Shown here one piece after another: positions 40,830 to 52,200 of a stretch of DNA of 64,000 nt. The notes below the pieces were generated by a model, which saw nothing but the letters and a program-made list of their open reading frames with translations, ran no database searches and was not told where the DNA came from. A program made the translations under genes and the position numbers. The DNA lies in the NCBI GenBank assembly GCA_965242965.1, contig OZ251518.1:4448001-4512000 (forward strand), given 5' to 3'. The stretch's first letter is position 1. Each line of letters starts with the position of its first letter. The DNA is from Candidatus Poribacteria bacterium. GTDB lineage: Bacteria; Poribacteria; WGA-4E; WGA-3G.

Positions 40830-41807
40830 CTACGACATCGCGTTGCAAACCTCCTGAATCACCTCATCCGTGCGGATGCCCTCGCCTTCACCTTCAAAGT
40901 TGAGGAGGATACGGTGCCGTAGCGCGGGCAGCAGCACGGCATCTACGTCCTCAAACGCGACGTTGTAGCGTTCGTCTAGCAGTGCCTTGATTTTCGCCGT
41001 TAAGGCGATCGCCTGCACACATCGGATGCCCGCGCCGAGGTGGACATAACGTTTGACGATATCCGGTGCATCCTCGGCATCGGGGTGCGTCATGCGGACA
41101 ATGCGGATGATGTGGCGTTCAACATGTTCCGCAATGAGGACCTGGCGCACGAGTCGGCGCATCTCATTGAGCGTCTCGGCATTCGTCACTTTCTCAACCT
41201 GAATCTCAACATCGGAGGTGGTGCGGCGCAAGATTTGAACGATTTCGTCCTCACTCGGAAATTCGACGAGCAGTTTGAAGAGAAACCGATCCAACTGCGC
41301 TTCCGGGAGCGGATAGGTGCCCTCCATTTCAAGCGGATTTTGTGTGGCAAGCACACAGAAAGGTTCTTGCAGTCGATGGCTCGCGCGTCCGACGGTGACG
41401 GTGCGTTCCTGCATCGCTTCAAGGAGCGCGGATTGCGTGCGCGGTGTCGCGCGGTTAATCTCATCGGCGAGGATGAGCTGCGAGAAAACAGGGCCCTCTT
41501 GGAATTCAAACTGCCTTCTGCCGTGTTCATCCTCAACGAGCAGTGTTGTGCCAGTGATGTCCGAGGGCATCATATCCGGCGTGAATTGGATGCGCTTGAA
41601 ACCCAGGTCCAGCGTTTCGCTGAGCGTAGAGATGAGTTGCGTTTTGCCTAAGCCGGGGATGCCTTCAAGCAAAGCGTGCCCATTGGCGAGGAGGCAGAGC
41701 AGGATGCCTTCAATAATCGCGTCTTGCCCGACGATACGCTTTTGCACCTCGGTCTTGACGTTATTGAAGGTCTCGCGGAAGATGAAGATTTGGGCTTCTA
41801 AATCCAT
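40830..41807 (-). CDS. MoxR family AAA+ ATPase
   Basis: LEGIPGLGKT, RIQFTPD, LADEINRA, ATQNPLEMEGTYPLPEAQLDRF. Confidence 0.92.
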   Translation of the reverse strand: MDLEAQIFIFRETFNNVKTEVQKRIVGQDAIIEGILLCLLANGHALLEGIPGLGKTQLISTLSETLDLGFKRIQFTPDMMPSDITGTTLLVEDEHGRRQFEFQEGPVFSQLILADEINRATPRTQSALLEAMQERTVTVGRASHRLQEPFCVLATQNPLEMEGTYPLPEAQLDRFLFKLLVEFPSEDEIVQILRRTTSDVEIQVEKVTNAETLNEMRRLVRQVLIAEHVERHIIRIVRMTHPDAEDAPDIVKRYVHLGAGIRCVQAIALTAKIKALLDERYNVAFEDVDAVLLPALRHRILLNFEGEGEGIRTDEVIQEVCNAMS

Positions 41808-41866
41808 GTTTTTATATTCCCGCAAGGCGTTCAAACAGAGAGGAGACAAATTAACCGCATTTGGTA

Positions 41867-42277
41867 TTAGGCGGTTGGTTCCCGTTTGAGCGAGGCCAAT
41901 TCCTCTTGCAGTACGGCGAGTTGCTGTTGTTGTGCATCAATCAACCGTTGTTGCGATGCAATTTTTGCGTCTTGCGCCGCGTCACGTTCGCGTTGTGCCG
42001 CCTCTTTCTCATCCACACCGCGTTGATTTTGACGCTCGCGATAGAGAGGCAGCCCGATAACCGCTATAATCAAGGCGATTTGTCCACCTAAGAGCGCGAC
42101 AATCAAATTTCCCTGAAAATTGAAATGAGCCGTGAACTGTCCTGTCACCCGCGTTTCGGATTCCTTGACAATTTCGCGAATCTTGCCTAAATCCTCAACG
42201 CCCAGCTCCGAAAAAACGGGCGCGCTCAAAAGCATAATCCCCGCAACAACGAATCCGACGAACCAATGCTTGTTCAT
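41867..42277 (-). CDS. Hypothetical membrane/coiled-coil protein
   Basis: Signal-like N-terminus, one TM, Q/E-rich tail; AGGAG RBS. Confidence 0.6.
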   Translation of the reverse strand: MNKHWFVGFVVAGIMLLSAPVFSELGVEDLGKIREIVKESETRVTGQFTAHFNFQGNLIVALLGGQIALIIAVIGLPLYRERQNQRGVDEKEAAQRERDAAQDAKIASQQRLIDAQQQQLAVLQEELASLKREPTA

Positions 42278-42446
42278 CAGGCGTTCTCCTGGTCCGTGCC
42301 TTAACCGCTTTTACAGTCGGTAGACAGGAAAATGCCCTTTGAAAACTCACAGCGGTGGCAAGTTTCCTGTCGCACGGATAGATAATTTTATTATACCATA
42401 TCAGATCCGGAAAAAACAAATTTATCCGCAATTCAGTGCTCCCCAG

Positions 42447-42703
42447 TAGGAGAGACCTCCCGGTCTCGACTCCCCAGTAGGAGAGACCTCCTGGTCTCGA
42501 TTTCTGCCTTGATATGCGTATCGGGACAAGGATGTCCCGCCTACCCGGTCCATCGGGACAAGGATGTCCCTCCTACCCGTATCAACACCTCGGTAGGCGA
42601 GACCTCCCGGTCTCGATGCATCCCAGGCTCGCTGCTTGCTGTGTGTATCGGGACAAGGATGTCCCTCCTACCCAGTCTATCGGGACAAGGATGTCCCTCC
42701 TAC
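42447..42703. repeat. REP-B and REP-C (ATCGGGACAAGGATGTCCCTCCTAC) cluster
   Basis: Multiple visible copies. Confidence 0.8.
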
Positions 42704-42745
42704 CCAAAACGAGGCCCCACTAACAAAATCGCGAAAGACAAAAAA

Positions 42746-43795
42746 TCACCAACTTTTACCAGAAACGTAAAGCGCGCGATTTTCCATCGGGAGGGAAACG
42801 CGCAAGCCGCCCAAGCGGTGCGATTCAATGATACCCATCAACATCTCTTGGCTGCGGCGCGCGAGATGAACAGGACCCTTCGTCTCCCGGTCTTCGTCAA
42901 GTGCCTCTGCGACATCCAAGATGCCCATGACGGTGCCAGTGGCGCGCGAGACTTCGGGAAACGGCACTTCCTCAAGGAAAGTCCCATCTTTCTTGCGAAA
43001 TTGGCATTCTCGGCTGTTGTTAAGGACACGAATCTTACCGCCGGTGCCGCAGACTTCAAACTCAGGGCCGGTGCCAGCCGTGTTATAGCCGTGCACGCCG
43101 TTCGCGAACCGGACATAGCCGCCCGTTATCGCGGGATCGATGTTCAGGCGATTGCCCTCCCAATCCGAGTCTTTACAGTTGATAGTCCCCTGCACGAAGT
43201 CTACGCCCGGGTCTCCCGCGAGGAACATGAGCATATCGGCGGCGTGCGTTAAGCCCCAGAGCGCGGAAGAGGCTCCGTATTGCGCGATGGTGCATTGGAC
43301 ATCGCCGATTTCACCGGCATCGACGAGTTCGCGCACTTTGCGGTAGAACGGCATGTAGCGGCGTTGCGTGCCGTAGTTGAACTTCACGCCGTGCTTTTCC
43401 ACGACATCTACCATCACATCCGCTTCTTCCATAGAGCAGCAGAGCGGTTTTTCGCAGTAGATGCCTTTGACGTTGTTCTCGGCGGCGAAGACAGTCATGT
43501 CGGCATGCGGCCCGGGGCGCGTGGCGATACAGACGATGTCAGGCTTTTCGACTTCGATCATCTGTTGGTAATCGGTATAGGCGCGCTCGGCACCGTAGCG
43601 TTGCCGGATCGATTCGGCTTTCTCTGGCACCATATCCGAAACGGCAACCAGGTCGGTTCTATCGCATGCGACAGCGGCGGCGGCGTGTGAGAAGGGCTGC
43701 CAGATGAAACTATCGGGACGGTTGGCGACTTCATCGTCAATAGTCGCTCCCATCCGTCCACATCCGATGAGACAGGTTTTGTAGGTGCGTGGCAT
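42746..43795 (-). CDS. Gfo/Idh/MocA family oxidoreductase
   Basis: IGCGRMG, IYCEKP. Confidence 0.85.
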   Translation of the reverse strand: MPRTYKTCLIGCGRMGATIDDEVANRPDSFIWQPFSHAAAAVACDRTDLVAVSDMVPEKAESIRQRYGAERAYTDYQQMIEVEKPDIVCIATRPGPHADMTVFAAENNVKGIYCEKPLCCSMEEADVMVDVVEKHGVKFNYGTQRRYMPFYRKVRELVDAGEIGDVQCTIAQYGASSALWGLTHAADMLMFLAGDPGVDFVQGTINCKDSDWEGNRLNIDPAITGGYVRFANGVHGYNTAGTGPEFEVCGTGGKIRVLNNSRECQFRKKDGTFLEEVPFPEVSRATGTVMGILDVAEALDEDRETKGPVHLARRSQEMLMGIIESHRLGGLRVSLPMENRALYVSGKSW

Positions 43796-43878
43796 AGGTT
43801 TCCTCCTTGTCCGGCGGCGCGGTTGTCTTCACGCAGTATTGGCGCGCCTACCGGGTTATGACAGTTAATATATTGATT

Positions 43879-44302
43879 CGTAGGGCTTGGGCCCTCGCAT
43901 GCCCCACGCGCATGCGAGCGGGTTTCCCTCGCCAGGCACCGATCGCGGGGGACAGGCCCCCGCGCTACGGTATCCTGAGCGGCCCGTTTTACCGTAGGGC
44001 GAGGGCCTGTCCCTCGCCATGCCAACGATCGCGGGGGACAGGCCCCCGCGCTACGGTAACTCTGACCTTCTCCTTCACCGTAGGGCGAGGGCCTGTCCCT
44101 CGCCAGGCACCGATCGCGGGGGACAGGCCCCCGCGCTACGGTATCCTGAGCGGCCCGTTTTATCGTAGGGCGAGGGCCTGTCCCTCGCCAAGCCAACGAT
44201 CGCGGGGGAAACCCGCTCGGATGCGCGGATGGCATCCGAGGGCCCCCGCGCTACGGGAAAAAACGGCACCCTTCACCGTAGGGCGAGGGCCTGTCCCTCG
44301 CC
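43879..44302. repeat. REP-A inverted-pair array
   Basis: Alternating head-to-head GTAG hairpins; unit shared with 45803-45945. Confidence 0.8.
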
Positions 44303-44319
44303 AGCCAACCCCATTCACC

Positions 44320-45780
44320 TTAATCCCCGGTGTAGAGTTTACCGAAATAGGGACGAAAACCGGCAGGACCGGGGTAACCATCCCAGTAGTTCGGATTTTC
44401 TGGGAATTCGGCTTCGCCGCCGCTGCGTAGCCATGCCATGAGCGCGGCATCAGTACCACGGCGTTCAATTTCGTCCAAGGCAGCAGCATGCAACTTCGCG
44501 ACGACATCAGGATGCTCGTTCTGAACTTCCTCCAAGGCACCGCGCCTGATTAGCCGCGAGGTCTCCGGTTTCGTTGATACCTCTAAACTCCATTCGCCAT
44601 CAAAAGCGGTGAAGAGATTCATATTCGGGTTGTTTGAGGCGTTGCTCCATCTCTCAATGCTGCCGCCGGATAAGGCGAGCTGCCGTTCTCCCGATTTCCG
44701 TTCGCGCGCGGGCGTTAAAATGTCAAACCCATCAAGGTTTCCTTCGGGGGCTTTTTCGCCGAGGATGTTGAGGATTGTCGGGAAGAAATCCTGTGGTTGA
44801 ACGATGACGTTGCTTCTGCCAGCGTCTCCCTCCGGCAAGCGAATGAAGAGTGGGACATGCGCTTCTTGCTCGCGGACAGGCTGTCCTTTGCCAAAACGTC
44901 CACGCTCGCCGACGTTGGTACCGTGGTCCCCCGTTAAAATAACAGCGGTGTTTTTCTCTAATCCGGTGGATTTCAGTGCGGCTAAGAATTGCCCGAAGCC
45001 GTGGTCCATCCATGTCAACTTCGCGGCATATTGCGCTTTGATGTGCGCCTTCGCCTCGTCGGAGAGGTTCGGGTTGCCTCTGCCGCCGCCGAGTGTGCGA
45101 GGATCGACTCGGCCGTCGTAGCCGGGACTCTTGTCATATTTCTTCATGAACGCCAGCGGCGCGTCCCACGGTTCGTGCGGATCGAAGCAGTCCACCCACA
45201 GGAAGAAGTTCTCGCGATTGGCATTATCCTTGAGGAATTGCGCGACGGTGTTAAACAACTTCGCGCAATTCCAATCCTCTGGATTTTTGCGATTTCGGTT
45301 GGCGCGGGCGTAACTCCGCAGCATGCCAGATTCGGCTGCCTTATCGTCGATGCAATCAAACAGCGATTGCTTAACCCAGTTGTCTGGCCATTCAACGTTA
45401 TCGGTAATCCAATCCCTATCCACTTCCGCGCCTCGGACGAATGTCCAAGCGTGGAAGGGCCAGTCGAAGTTGTGTCCGCCATTCACGAGGTGCGGCGTGT
45501 CATGAATGAGTTGTGTTGCGTATCCGTTTTCTGCGAGCGTCCACGGTAACGTCAGGCGTTCGTGCCGGAGCGGTTTCCACGGGTGGAACGGCGCGCCGTA
45601 TTGCCCGGTGATGACATCGGTGCGGTAGGGGATAGTCGGGAAACTGGCACAGAAAGCGTTGTCAAATGCCCATGCGTTCGCTGCGAATGCGTCAATGTTC
45701 GGCGTTTCTATCCAGTCGTTGCCGTTCGCGCCGATGTAGTCGTAGCGGAGTGTATCAATAACAATATAGGCGAGGTTCAT
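44320..45780 (-). CDS. Sulfatase/alkaline phosphatase superfamily hydrolase
   Basis: IVIDTLR, TPNID, DPHEPW, TGDHG; Thr in place of the catalytic Cys/Ser (TIPYR). Confidence 0.8.
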   Translation of the reverse strand: MNLAYIVIDTLRYDYIGANGNDWIETPNIDAFAANAWAFDNAFCASFPTIPYRTDVITGQYGAPFHPWKPLRHERLTLPWTLAENGYATQLIHDTPHLVNGGHNFDWPFHAWTFVRGAEVDRDWITDNVEWPDNWVKQSLFDCIDDKAAESGMLRSYARANRNRKNPEDWNCAKLFNTVAQFLKDNANRENFFLWVDCFDPHEPWDAPLAFMKKYDKSPGYDGRVDPRTLGGGRGNPNLSDEAKAHIKAQYAAKLTWMDHGFGQFLAALKSTGLEKNTAVILTGDHGTNVGERGRFGKGQPVREQEAHVPLFIRLPEGDAGRSNVIVQPQDFFPTILNILGEKAPEGNLDGFDILTPARERKSGERQLALSGGSIERWSNASNNPNMNLFTAFDGEWSLEVSTKPETSRLIRRGALEEVQNEHPDVVAKLHAAALDEIERRGTDAALMAWLRSGGEAEFPENPNYWDGYPGPAGFRPYFGKLYTGD

Positions 45781-45974
45781 TTCGGTTCTCCTTAATCAGA
45801 AGATCGCGGGGGACAGGCCCCCGCGCTACGGTATCCTGAGCGGCCCGTTTTACCGTAGGGCGAGGGCCTGTCCCTCGCCATGCAACGATCGCGGGGGAAA
45901 CCCGCTCGGATGCGCGTGTGGCATCCGAGGGCCCAAGCCCTACGATATCCAGAACGGCCCCTTTTAACGTAAAA

Positions 45975-46718
45975 CTACCATTTTGGAATCGCACCGAGCA
46001 ACAACTTCTGTTGCGGCGTGCCGTTATCTCGAAGTTTGGTAACGCGCGGGCCGTCAAACGGTTCACGGGATTTCATCCATGCATTCTGATAGCACATCAG
46101 ACAGACGCGTCGCCGTTGCGTTGAAGTATTGGCGGCACCGCGGTGCCACGTCCAGCCATCGAACATCACTGCTTGTCCCGGCGATACCAGCACCCGTTTC
46201 TCGTCAGGCAGTTGGACATGACTCGGCGGTGGCCGGAAAGGTGCTCTGTGGCTGCCGGGTTGAATTACCGTCGGTCCCGTATCATTTGTGATTTCGTCCA
46301 GATAGTAACCGCAATTAATCTGCGCGGGGAGACTGCCGTAGGGCGTGCCGTGCGGTGCGACGGGCCAGGGTCCATCGCGATGCCAATTCTGGTCTGGGGT
46401 ACCGGGCTCGGTGATGCGCGCCGTTGCGCTGTGCAACTGAACGCACGTGCCGAGAATCGCCTCCATGCGCTTCATCACGGGAGGGTTGTCCAGCAGCACG
46501 GCGAATCTGTCGTCTTCTTCAAGCAACTCGCCGATGAATTGGCTGTTGTCGCGTCTGGCGTAACTTTCGTCAAGTGCGGCGCGTAACTCCTCAATCTGTT
46601 CAGGCGTTACGGCGTTATCCACGATGAGATAGCCCCACTTGAGGAAGAAATTGACTTCCTGTTGCAGTTGATAGTCCAAGTCAACGTTGAGTTGCGATGG
46701 AACGGAAAAGTCGGCCAT
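45975..46718 (-). CDS. PhyH family dioxygenase
   Basis: WHRD, PGSH, WHRG. Confidence 0.85.
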   Translation of the reverse strand: MADFSVPSQLNVDLDYQLQQEVNFFLKWGYLIVDNAVTPEQIEELRAALDESYARRDNSQFIGELLEEDDRFAVLLDNPPVMKRMEAILGTCVQLHSATARITEPGTPDQNWHRDGPWPVAPHGTPYGSLPAQINCGYYLDEITNDTGPTVIQPGSHRAPFRPPPSHVQLPDEKRVLVSPGQAVMFDGWTWHRGAANTSTQRRRVCLMCYQNAWMKSREPFDGPRVTKLRDNGTPQQKLLLGAIPKW

Positions 46719-46735
46719 GGGTTTTCCTCCACAAA

Positions 46736-47034
46736 GTAGGGCGAGGGCCTGTCCCTCGCCACCGTGAATGCAGGGAGTAGGAGAGACTCCTGGTCTCGAT
46801 GCTTGCTGTGGTTATCGGGACAAGGATGTCCCTCCTACCTGTAGGCGAGACCTCCCAGTCTCGATTTCCCGCGTTGCCTATCGGGACAAGGATGTCCCTC
46901 TACCCGTAGGCGAGACCTCCCAGTCTCGATTTCCCGCGTTGCCTATCGGGACAAGGATGTCCCTCTACCCGTAGGCGAGACCTCCCAGTCTCGATTTCCC
47001 GCGTTGCCTATCGGGACAAGGATGTCCCTCCTAC
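46736..47034. repeat. Three tandem ~65-bp REP-B/REP-C doublets
   Basis: GTAGGCGAGACCTCCCAGTCTCGATTTCCCGCGTTGCCTATCGGGACAAGGATGTCCCTC repeated. Confidence 0.85.
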
Positions 47035-47846
47035 TGGATTGCACCGCGGTCGGCGGTCGCCCATTCTTCCCACCGTTCTTCGTCAGGACGGAGGAACCCG
47101 GAGTTGCATCGCGGTTGCAACTGCTCATCCACACCGAGGAGCCGCATGAACCGATGGTTATTCGCCGCTTTCGCTTCGGCGAGCAACTTTTGCGTGTGCG
47201 GCCCGCTGTGATGGTCCGTGTGTTTCAGCCATGTTAGATTGTAATAGATACTAAAGAAATAGCGCAACTGCCCGGAAGTGTTCGGCGTGCCGGAATGCAC
47301 CAACCCGTTATGCGTCACCACGACATCGCCAGCCTTCATGTGAACGAGGGTTTCATCGGGATGCGGTTGCGCTCGTGCTGTATCTTCTATCGTCAGCGGT
47401 GCGCGGTGTGAACCGACTATGACGCGAAACGGTCCAAACTCATCCGTCAGCTCCTGCAGGTAAGAGATGGCGTTGATGGCGTTCGGCCGGTGATAGGCAT
47501 CGGTGTAAGGGACATGCGCCCACCGGTCGCGGTGCCACCCCGAGACTCGCCCCTCGGCCTTTTCGGGTTCAATGGAGGCAAATGCGGCGAGCGTCAGGTT
47601 ATCCAACTGCACGAAAGGCCCCATCACCTTCTCCACAAATTCAAGGATGTCGGGTTGCGTGACAGCGGGCCACATCAAATCGGGTGCGGCTTCCAGCATG
47701 TTTCCGAACCAGGTTTGCCCATCATTTTCGGCGGAGAGTTGCTGGTGCTTCTCGCGCCAGAGTTGCATCTGTGATGCGTCAAAAACCTGCTCAAAAATAG
47801 TGAAGCCGTTAGTTTTGTATTCCTCAAACCGTTCGTTTGTCGTCAT
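47031..47846 (-). CDS. PhyH family dioxygenase
   Basis: WHRD, VGSH, LVHSG. Confidence 0.85.
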   Translation of the reverse strand: MTTNERFEEYKTNGFTIFEQVFDASQMQLWREKHQQLSAENDGQTWFGNMLEAAPDLMWPAVTQPDILEFVEKVMGPFVQLDNLTLAAFASIEPEKAEGRVSGWHRDRWAHVPYTDAYHRPNAINAISYLQELTDEFGPFRVIVGSHRAPLTIEDTARAQPHPDETLVHMKAGDVVVTHNGLVHSGTPNTSGQLRYFFSIYYNLTWLKHTDHHSGPHTQKLLAEAKAANNHRFMRLLGVDEQLQPRCNSGFLRPDEERWEEWATADRGAIQ

Positions 47847-48796
47847 TGCCGTGTTCCTCCGAGGATATCCGTTGCGAGTTGCATCGTTTTCACCGCTTCG
47901 TCTAAATTCGCGGCAGGAAACGAAACGGGTGTATCGTTTTTGACGCAATCTAGGAAATACCTGTCTTGTTCAACGGTGCCGCCGGTGCCTGCGCCAGTCA
48001 ATTCGTGTTGTGTGCCATCGCAAAAAACGGTGCCGCGTGAGATGCCTTCCAAATAGGCGGAGATGTCTCTGCCGTGAATCTCATATCGTTCAAGGCGCGC
48101 ATCGGTGGTATAGTTGGCGATGAGTTGCGCGACGCAGCCGTTGTCAAACAAAATCAACGCGGCGTGGACATCTTTGAACGCCGAGATGGAGCGTCGAACG
48201 ACACTATACACTTCTTGCACGTCCGCTTCGGCGATGGCGCGCAAGGCATCGAGCGCGTGGATAGGCGTTTCCAAGAACATGTTGTCCATCAGGTGTTCCG
48301 GGAATTTGCCGGAATTGTCCAATCGGGTGATGCTCTTATGAAATTCGCCGACGAGTTGCGTGACGGGCCCGCGCGCTTTCACGAGTTGCTTCGCTTTGAG
48401 AATGATAGGATGAAAACGCCGATTCCAGCCTACCATGCCTTTCGCGCCGGTTCGCTTGGCGGTATCCCGCAAAGTGATTGTCTCCGCGACGCTCATCCCC
48501 GGCGGTTTTTCGAGCAACGTATTGACACCGCGCGCGAGGCAAGGGAGTGCGGCTTCGCCGTTCAGATGCGCCGGTGTAGCGACGAAGACTGCGTCCAATG
48601 TCTCGTTGTCCAGCAAGGCATCGATGGTTTCGTAGCGGTTCGCGATGTTGAATGCCTCGCCTGCGGCGTTGCGCGCGTCTTCAACCAGTTCGCAGATTGC
48701 AACGACGGTGGTATCTTCAAATTGCGAGAGAATCTTGAGATGGCCGCGCCCGCGGCCCCCGCAGCCGATAACTGCGACGCGTAAGGGGAATGCCAT
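47843..48796 (-). CDS. Gfo/Idh/MocA family oxidoreductase
   Basis: IGCGGRG, LEKPP, WNRRF. Confidence 0.85.
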   Translation of the reverse strand: MAFPLRVAVIGCGGRGRGHLKILSQFEDTTVVAICELVEDARNAAGEAFNIANRYETIDALLDNETLDAVFVATPAHLNGEAALPCLARGVNTLLEKPPGMSVAETITLRDTAKRTGAKGMVGWNRRFHPIILKAKQLVKARGPVTQLVGEFHKSITRLDNSGKFPEHLMDNMFLETPIHALDALRAIAEADVQEVYSVVRRSISAFKDVHAALILFDNGCVAQLIANYTTDARLERYEIHGRDISAYLEGISRGTVFCDGTQHELTGAGTGGTVEQDRYFLDCVKNDTPVSFPAANLDEAVKTMQLATDILGGTRQ

Positions 48797-48832
48797 AATG
48801 TTTCTTGCTCCTCGGTTTCGCATTTTTTGATT

Positions 48833-48861
48833 AGTATAGCATGTTATTAAAAATGTGTCAA
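48833..48861 (-). promoter_or_regulatory. Promoter TTGACA-N17-TATACT
   Basis: Near-consensus boxes upstream of the 48796 start. Confidence 0.65.
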
Positions 48862-48916
48862 CGAAAAAAAACGCGTGCGAGGAATTATTCCTCGCACGCG
48901 CGACGGAGTTTGAAAC

Positions 48917-49256
48917 GATCGCGGGGGACAGGCCCCCGCGCTACGGTGATCGAGAGCGGCCCGTTTTACCGTAGGGCGAGGGCCTGTCCCTCGCCATGCA
49001 ACGATCTCGGGGGACAGGCCCCCGCGCTACGGTAGCCAAAACCGTCCCTTCTGTAGGTCAAGAGCGCCTGCTCTTGACCCGATTGCGATCAGGCGATCGC
49101 AATCTACAGAGGGGGAGCTCGCCATGCCACGATCGCGAGGGACAGGCCCCCGCGCTACGGTAGCCAGAACGGCCCGTTTTATCGTAGGGCGAGGGCCTGT
49201 CCCTCGCCATGCTGCGGTAATCGAGAGATCGCGGGGGACAGGCCCCCGCGCTACGG
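48917..49256. repeat. REP-A/REP-D cluster
   Basis: GTAG hairpins including GTAGGTCAAGA..TCTTGACC. Confidence 0.8.
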
Positions 49257-49267
49257 TGACATTGAGT

Positions 49268-52200
49268 TTACTCCTGCTGCTTGACTTCACCGAACGTGGT
49301 CAGCATCCGATTAGATGCAGAAACAGGACCCGGCAACAACCGCGTCACTAACGTCTCTGGCTTCCCATCAAACGCAACTTCCTCAATCTGATAGTAATAC
49401 TCAATCCCCGGCTTCGCAGACGCATCCGTAAACGTATACGTTTGACGTTCACCTGTCGTGCCGGCACCGGCGATTAAGGCAGGATTCAAGAGCGTGAAAC
49501 CGCTCGCGCGCTTTTCGCTGCGACGCAGGTTAAAGCCCGCGTTGTCGACTTCTGACTCGGTTGTCCATGTCAGGACGACCTCGCCGGTTTCATTGCGTGT
49601 CATCGAGAAACGTGATAACTCTACCGGCAATGCACCGCCTTCACGATGCCCCGGTGTGCCGATGTCATCAGCATGGCCGTAATGGAGAGACTCATCAAAC
49701 GGCTTGATGCGCGATGCCAACACCCAACTCGCACGCTTTTGTCCCGGCAGCGCAACACCTTTATCATAACGCCGAATGACAGAACTCCGCGAACCTTCCT
49801 CAAAACTCAACGGTAATGCCCACGCCGGCGCATCGTCCGAACGCCGGTCGCTGTCCCTGTTACCGACTTCGTCTACCAGATTCCCGTTTCTATCGGAGAG
49901 TTGCAGGTAGAACCCCTCGGTACTTAAGAACGTATCGCGCGCCCACTTGATGCGCAGATTCTTTTCATGCAATGCGAGCAGATCGTAAATTCTGTCCGCC
50001 GGCAGATACGAATCCGACGATGCACGCGCCGGTCCCGCCACAATCAACACCGTCTGATTCGGTTGAATCACTTTTTCTCCTAATGTCAACGTGACAATCG
50101 GTCTGCCGATTAAATCCTCAGAATCCACATTCTGAATCTCCAACCTCCACCGATTGAGATTAATGGCATCCGTTTTGGAGTTGTTATACAACTCGATCCA
50201 CTGAGGCAGTGTGCCGCCACCGGAATCAAACATGATTTCGCTGAAGGTGATACTGCCTTTCGGCGTGGCAGACCCTGGTTTTACTGCACCATTCGGATAT
50301 CCCGGTGTGCCGGAAGTGGCAGCGGACTCTGTCACCTTTCTATCATAACCGATACCAGTGAACGCTGATTCTGCCCAGGCATCTCTATGATACCCAACGA
50401 TATCCGCTTTCGCGCGCTGCCAGACTTTGCCTGAGCCGAGGGCATCTTCGGTGTCACCACCAGGTGCCTGCAACACTTGCAAGGGCCAGACATGCGTATC
50501 ATAATCGCCAGTCTGCTCGCGGACAAATGCATCGGTGTCACTGCCGCCACCACCGGCGACATCAACGAACGCCTCGTTCAGACCGAGTTTCTCCCTCGCA
50601 TTCCGGAGAATTAACAGGAATTTCCCATCATCTGGCAGGGACAACCCCGATTTGATGAGATATTGGTGAGAAGAGCCTTTTGTCTCGACCTCGGCAGTCT
50701 CCACGTTATCACCACCGGCGAGCGCATTGCCTTCCGCCGTTGGATCGCTGTTCGTTATCAACAGCAGCCCATTCGCCTGCACACTTGCATCGGGGAACAC
50801 GATGAGCGACGTATCTTCCTTCTTACCATCCTGCACGATGCTGAGCTCCCACTCTTTCAAGGAGACTGCCGAACCCGTGACATTGCGAAGTTCCAGCCAA
50901 TCATCAGCATCGCCGCTTCCATTGCCGAGTTCGTTGAAAACAATAGGAGCCTCCGGCACCTCCGATGCAGCCGCCTTCGGTGCTGCTTCCTCGAAAATCG
51001 GGTAGACCGGCACCACCGGTGTATCCGAGACTATCGGTGAAACCTCCGGCAACGGCTCTACCACCGGCACCGTTTTTGGCGCAGTGCCAGATGCCGCCGC
51101 AGCCGCCTCTGTCCCAGACTGCCGCTCAGCCGGCGCACCGAGGGGGCCAGAAAGCAAACTCGTCTGTTCAGGAACCATTATCTTGACAGAGGGGACACGC
51201 ACTGCCTCTGCCACCGTGTCCGTTGCTGCTACCGTATACGCGAATGTCACTTTCGTCGAATTCGTGTCTTCTGAGGCAGTCCAGACAGCATGCCGCGCAT
51301 TCGCCGGCACCTCTTCGCCCAGATACAGCGTGAGATACGGCGGGTTGTCGCCTTCATAACGGAGATTCTCCCTGTCATACGTCACTTCCACTTCAATCTT
51401 ATCCCCGGCGGTATAGGCACCGGCGGGAGGCGCGACAATCTCCGGCGTTTCTATGACACGCAATGCGGTATCCACGGGCAACGGCAACCTATTGGATGCC
51501 AGACTCTCGTTGCCGGCGATGTCTTGTGTAGCACCCGCCGGCACACTGATGGACACATCTCCCCTAAAACCGAGAGCCGGGGTAATCGTCGCCTTGTAAA
51601 CCAGTGCCGAGGCAGAGTTCTGCACAATATTCGGGCCCCGATGATCGAGCCCAACATAGGCAATCTCAACATCCCAGTCAGCGGGGTTGACACCGGTGCC
51701 GGTGAGCATCACATCCTCGGCGGTAAAACTCGTGCCCACTTCGTCAGCGATGGCAGCCGGGCTACCGCCCCCCGGACCCGGAGGGATACTGTTGAAAAAG
51801 CGGAATTGCACCTCAAATGCCCCAGTTTGCACATCGCTTGCCGTGAAATCCGTGTGTCTCAAAAGCTCGCCATTCTTTATCAAGCCGGGAATCCACACCG
51901 TCGCCGGGATGGTATCCACGAGGTATTTGATGATGCCTTTTTTGTAAGCAGCAACGATCTCAGGCCGATTCTCCTCACGATAACTGGGATGCGGATTCGC
52001 GTGCGCAATACTCTCAAGAGCCGGCATGTCCGTAAAGAACGCCTCCAATTCCTTTTCAAGGGAGACGCAGGTGTCAAAGTCGTTTCCTGCCAGATCTCTT
52101 ATCCACCTCACCTCGTCTGTCTCAAGACGGACAGTATCAGGAGCCCGGCAAAAATTCTCGTGCGTATTCCGCCAAAAAGCGGCACTCCACACCTGCAGCC

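Noticed and set aside
46815-47034. Possible CRISPR array
   Set aside because: Units are identical tandem duplications with no unique spacers
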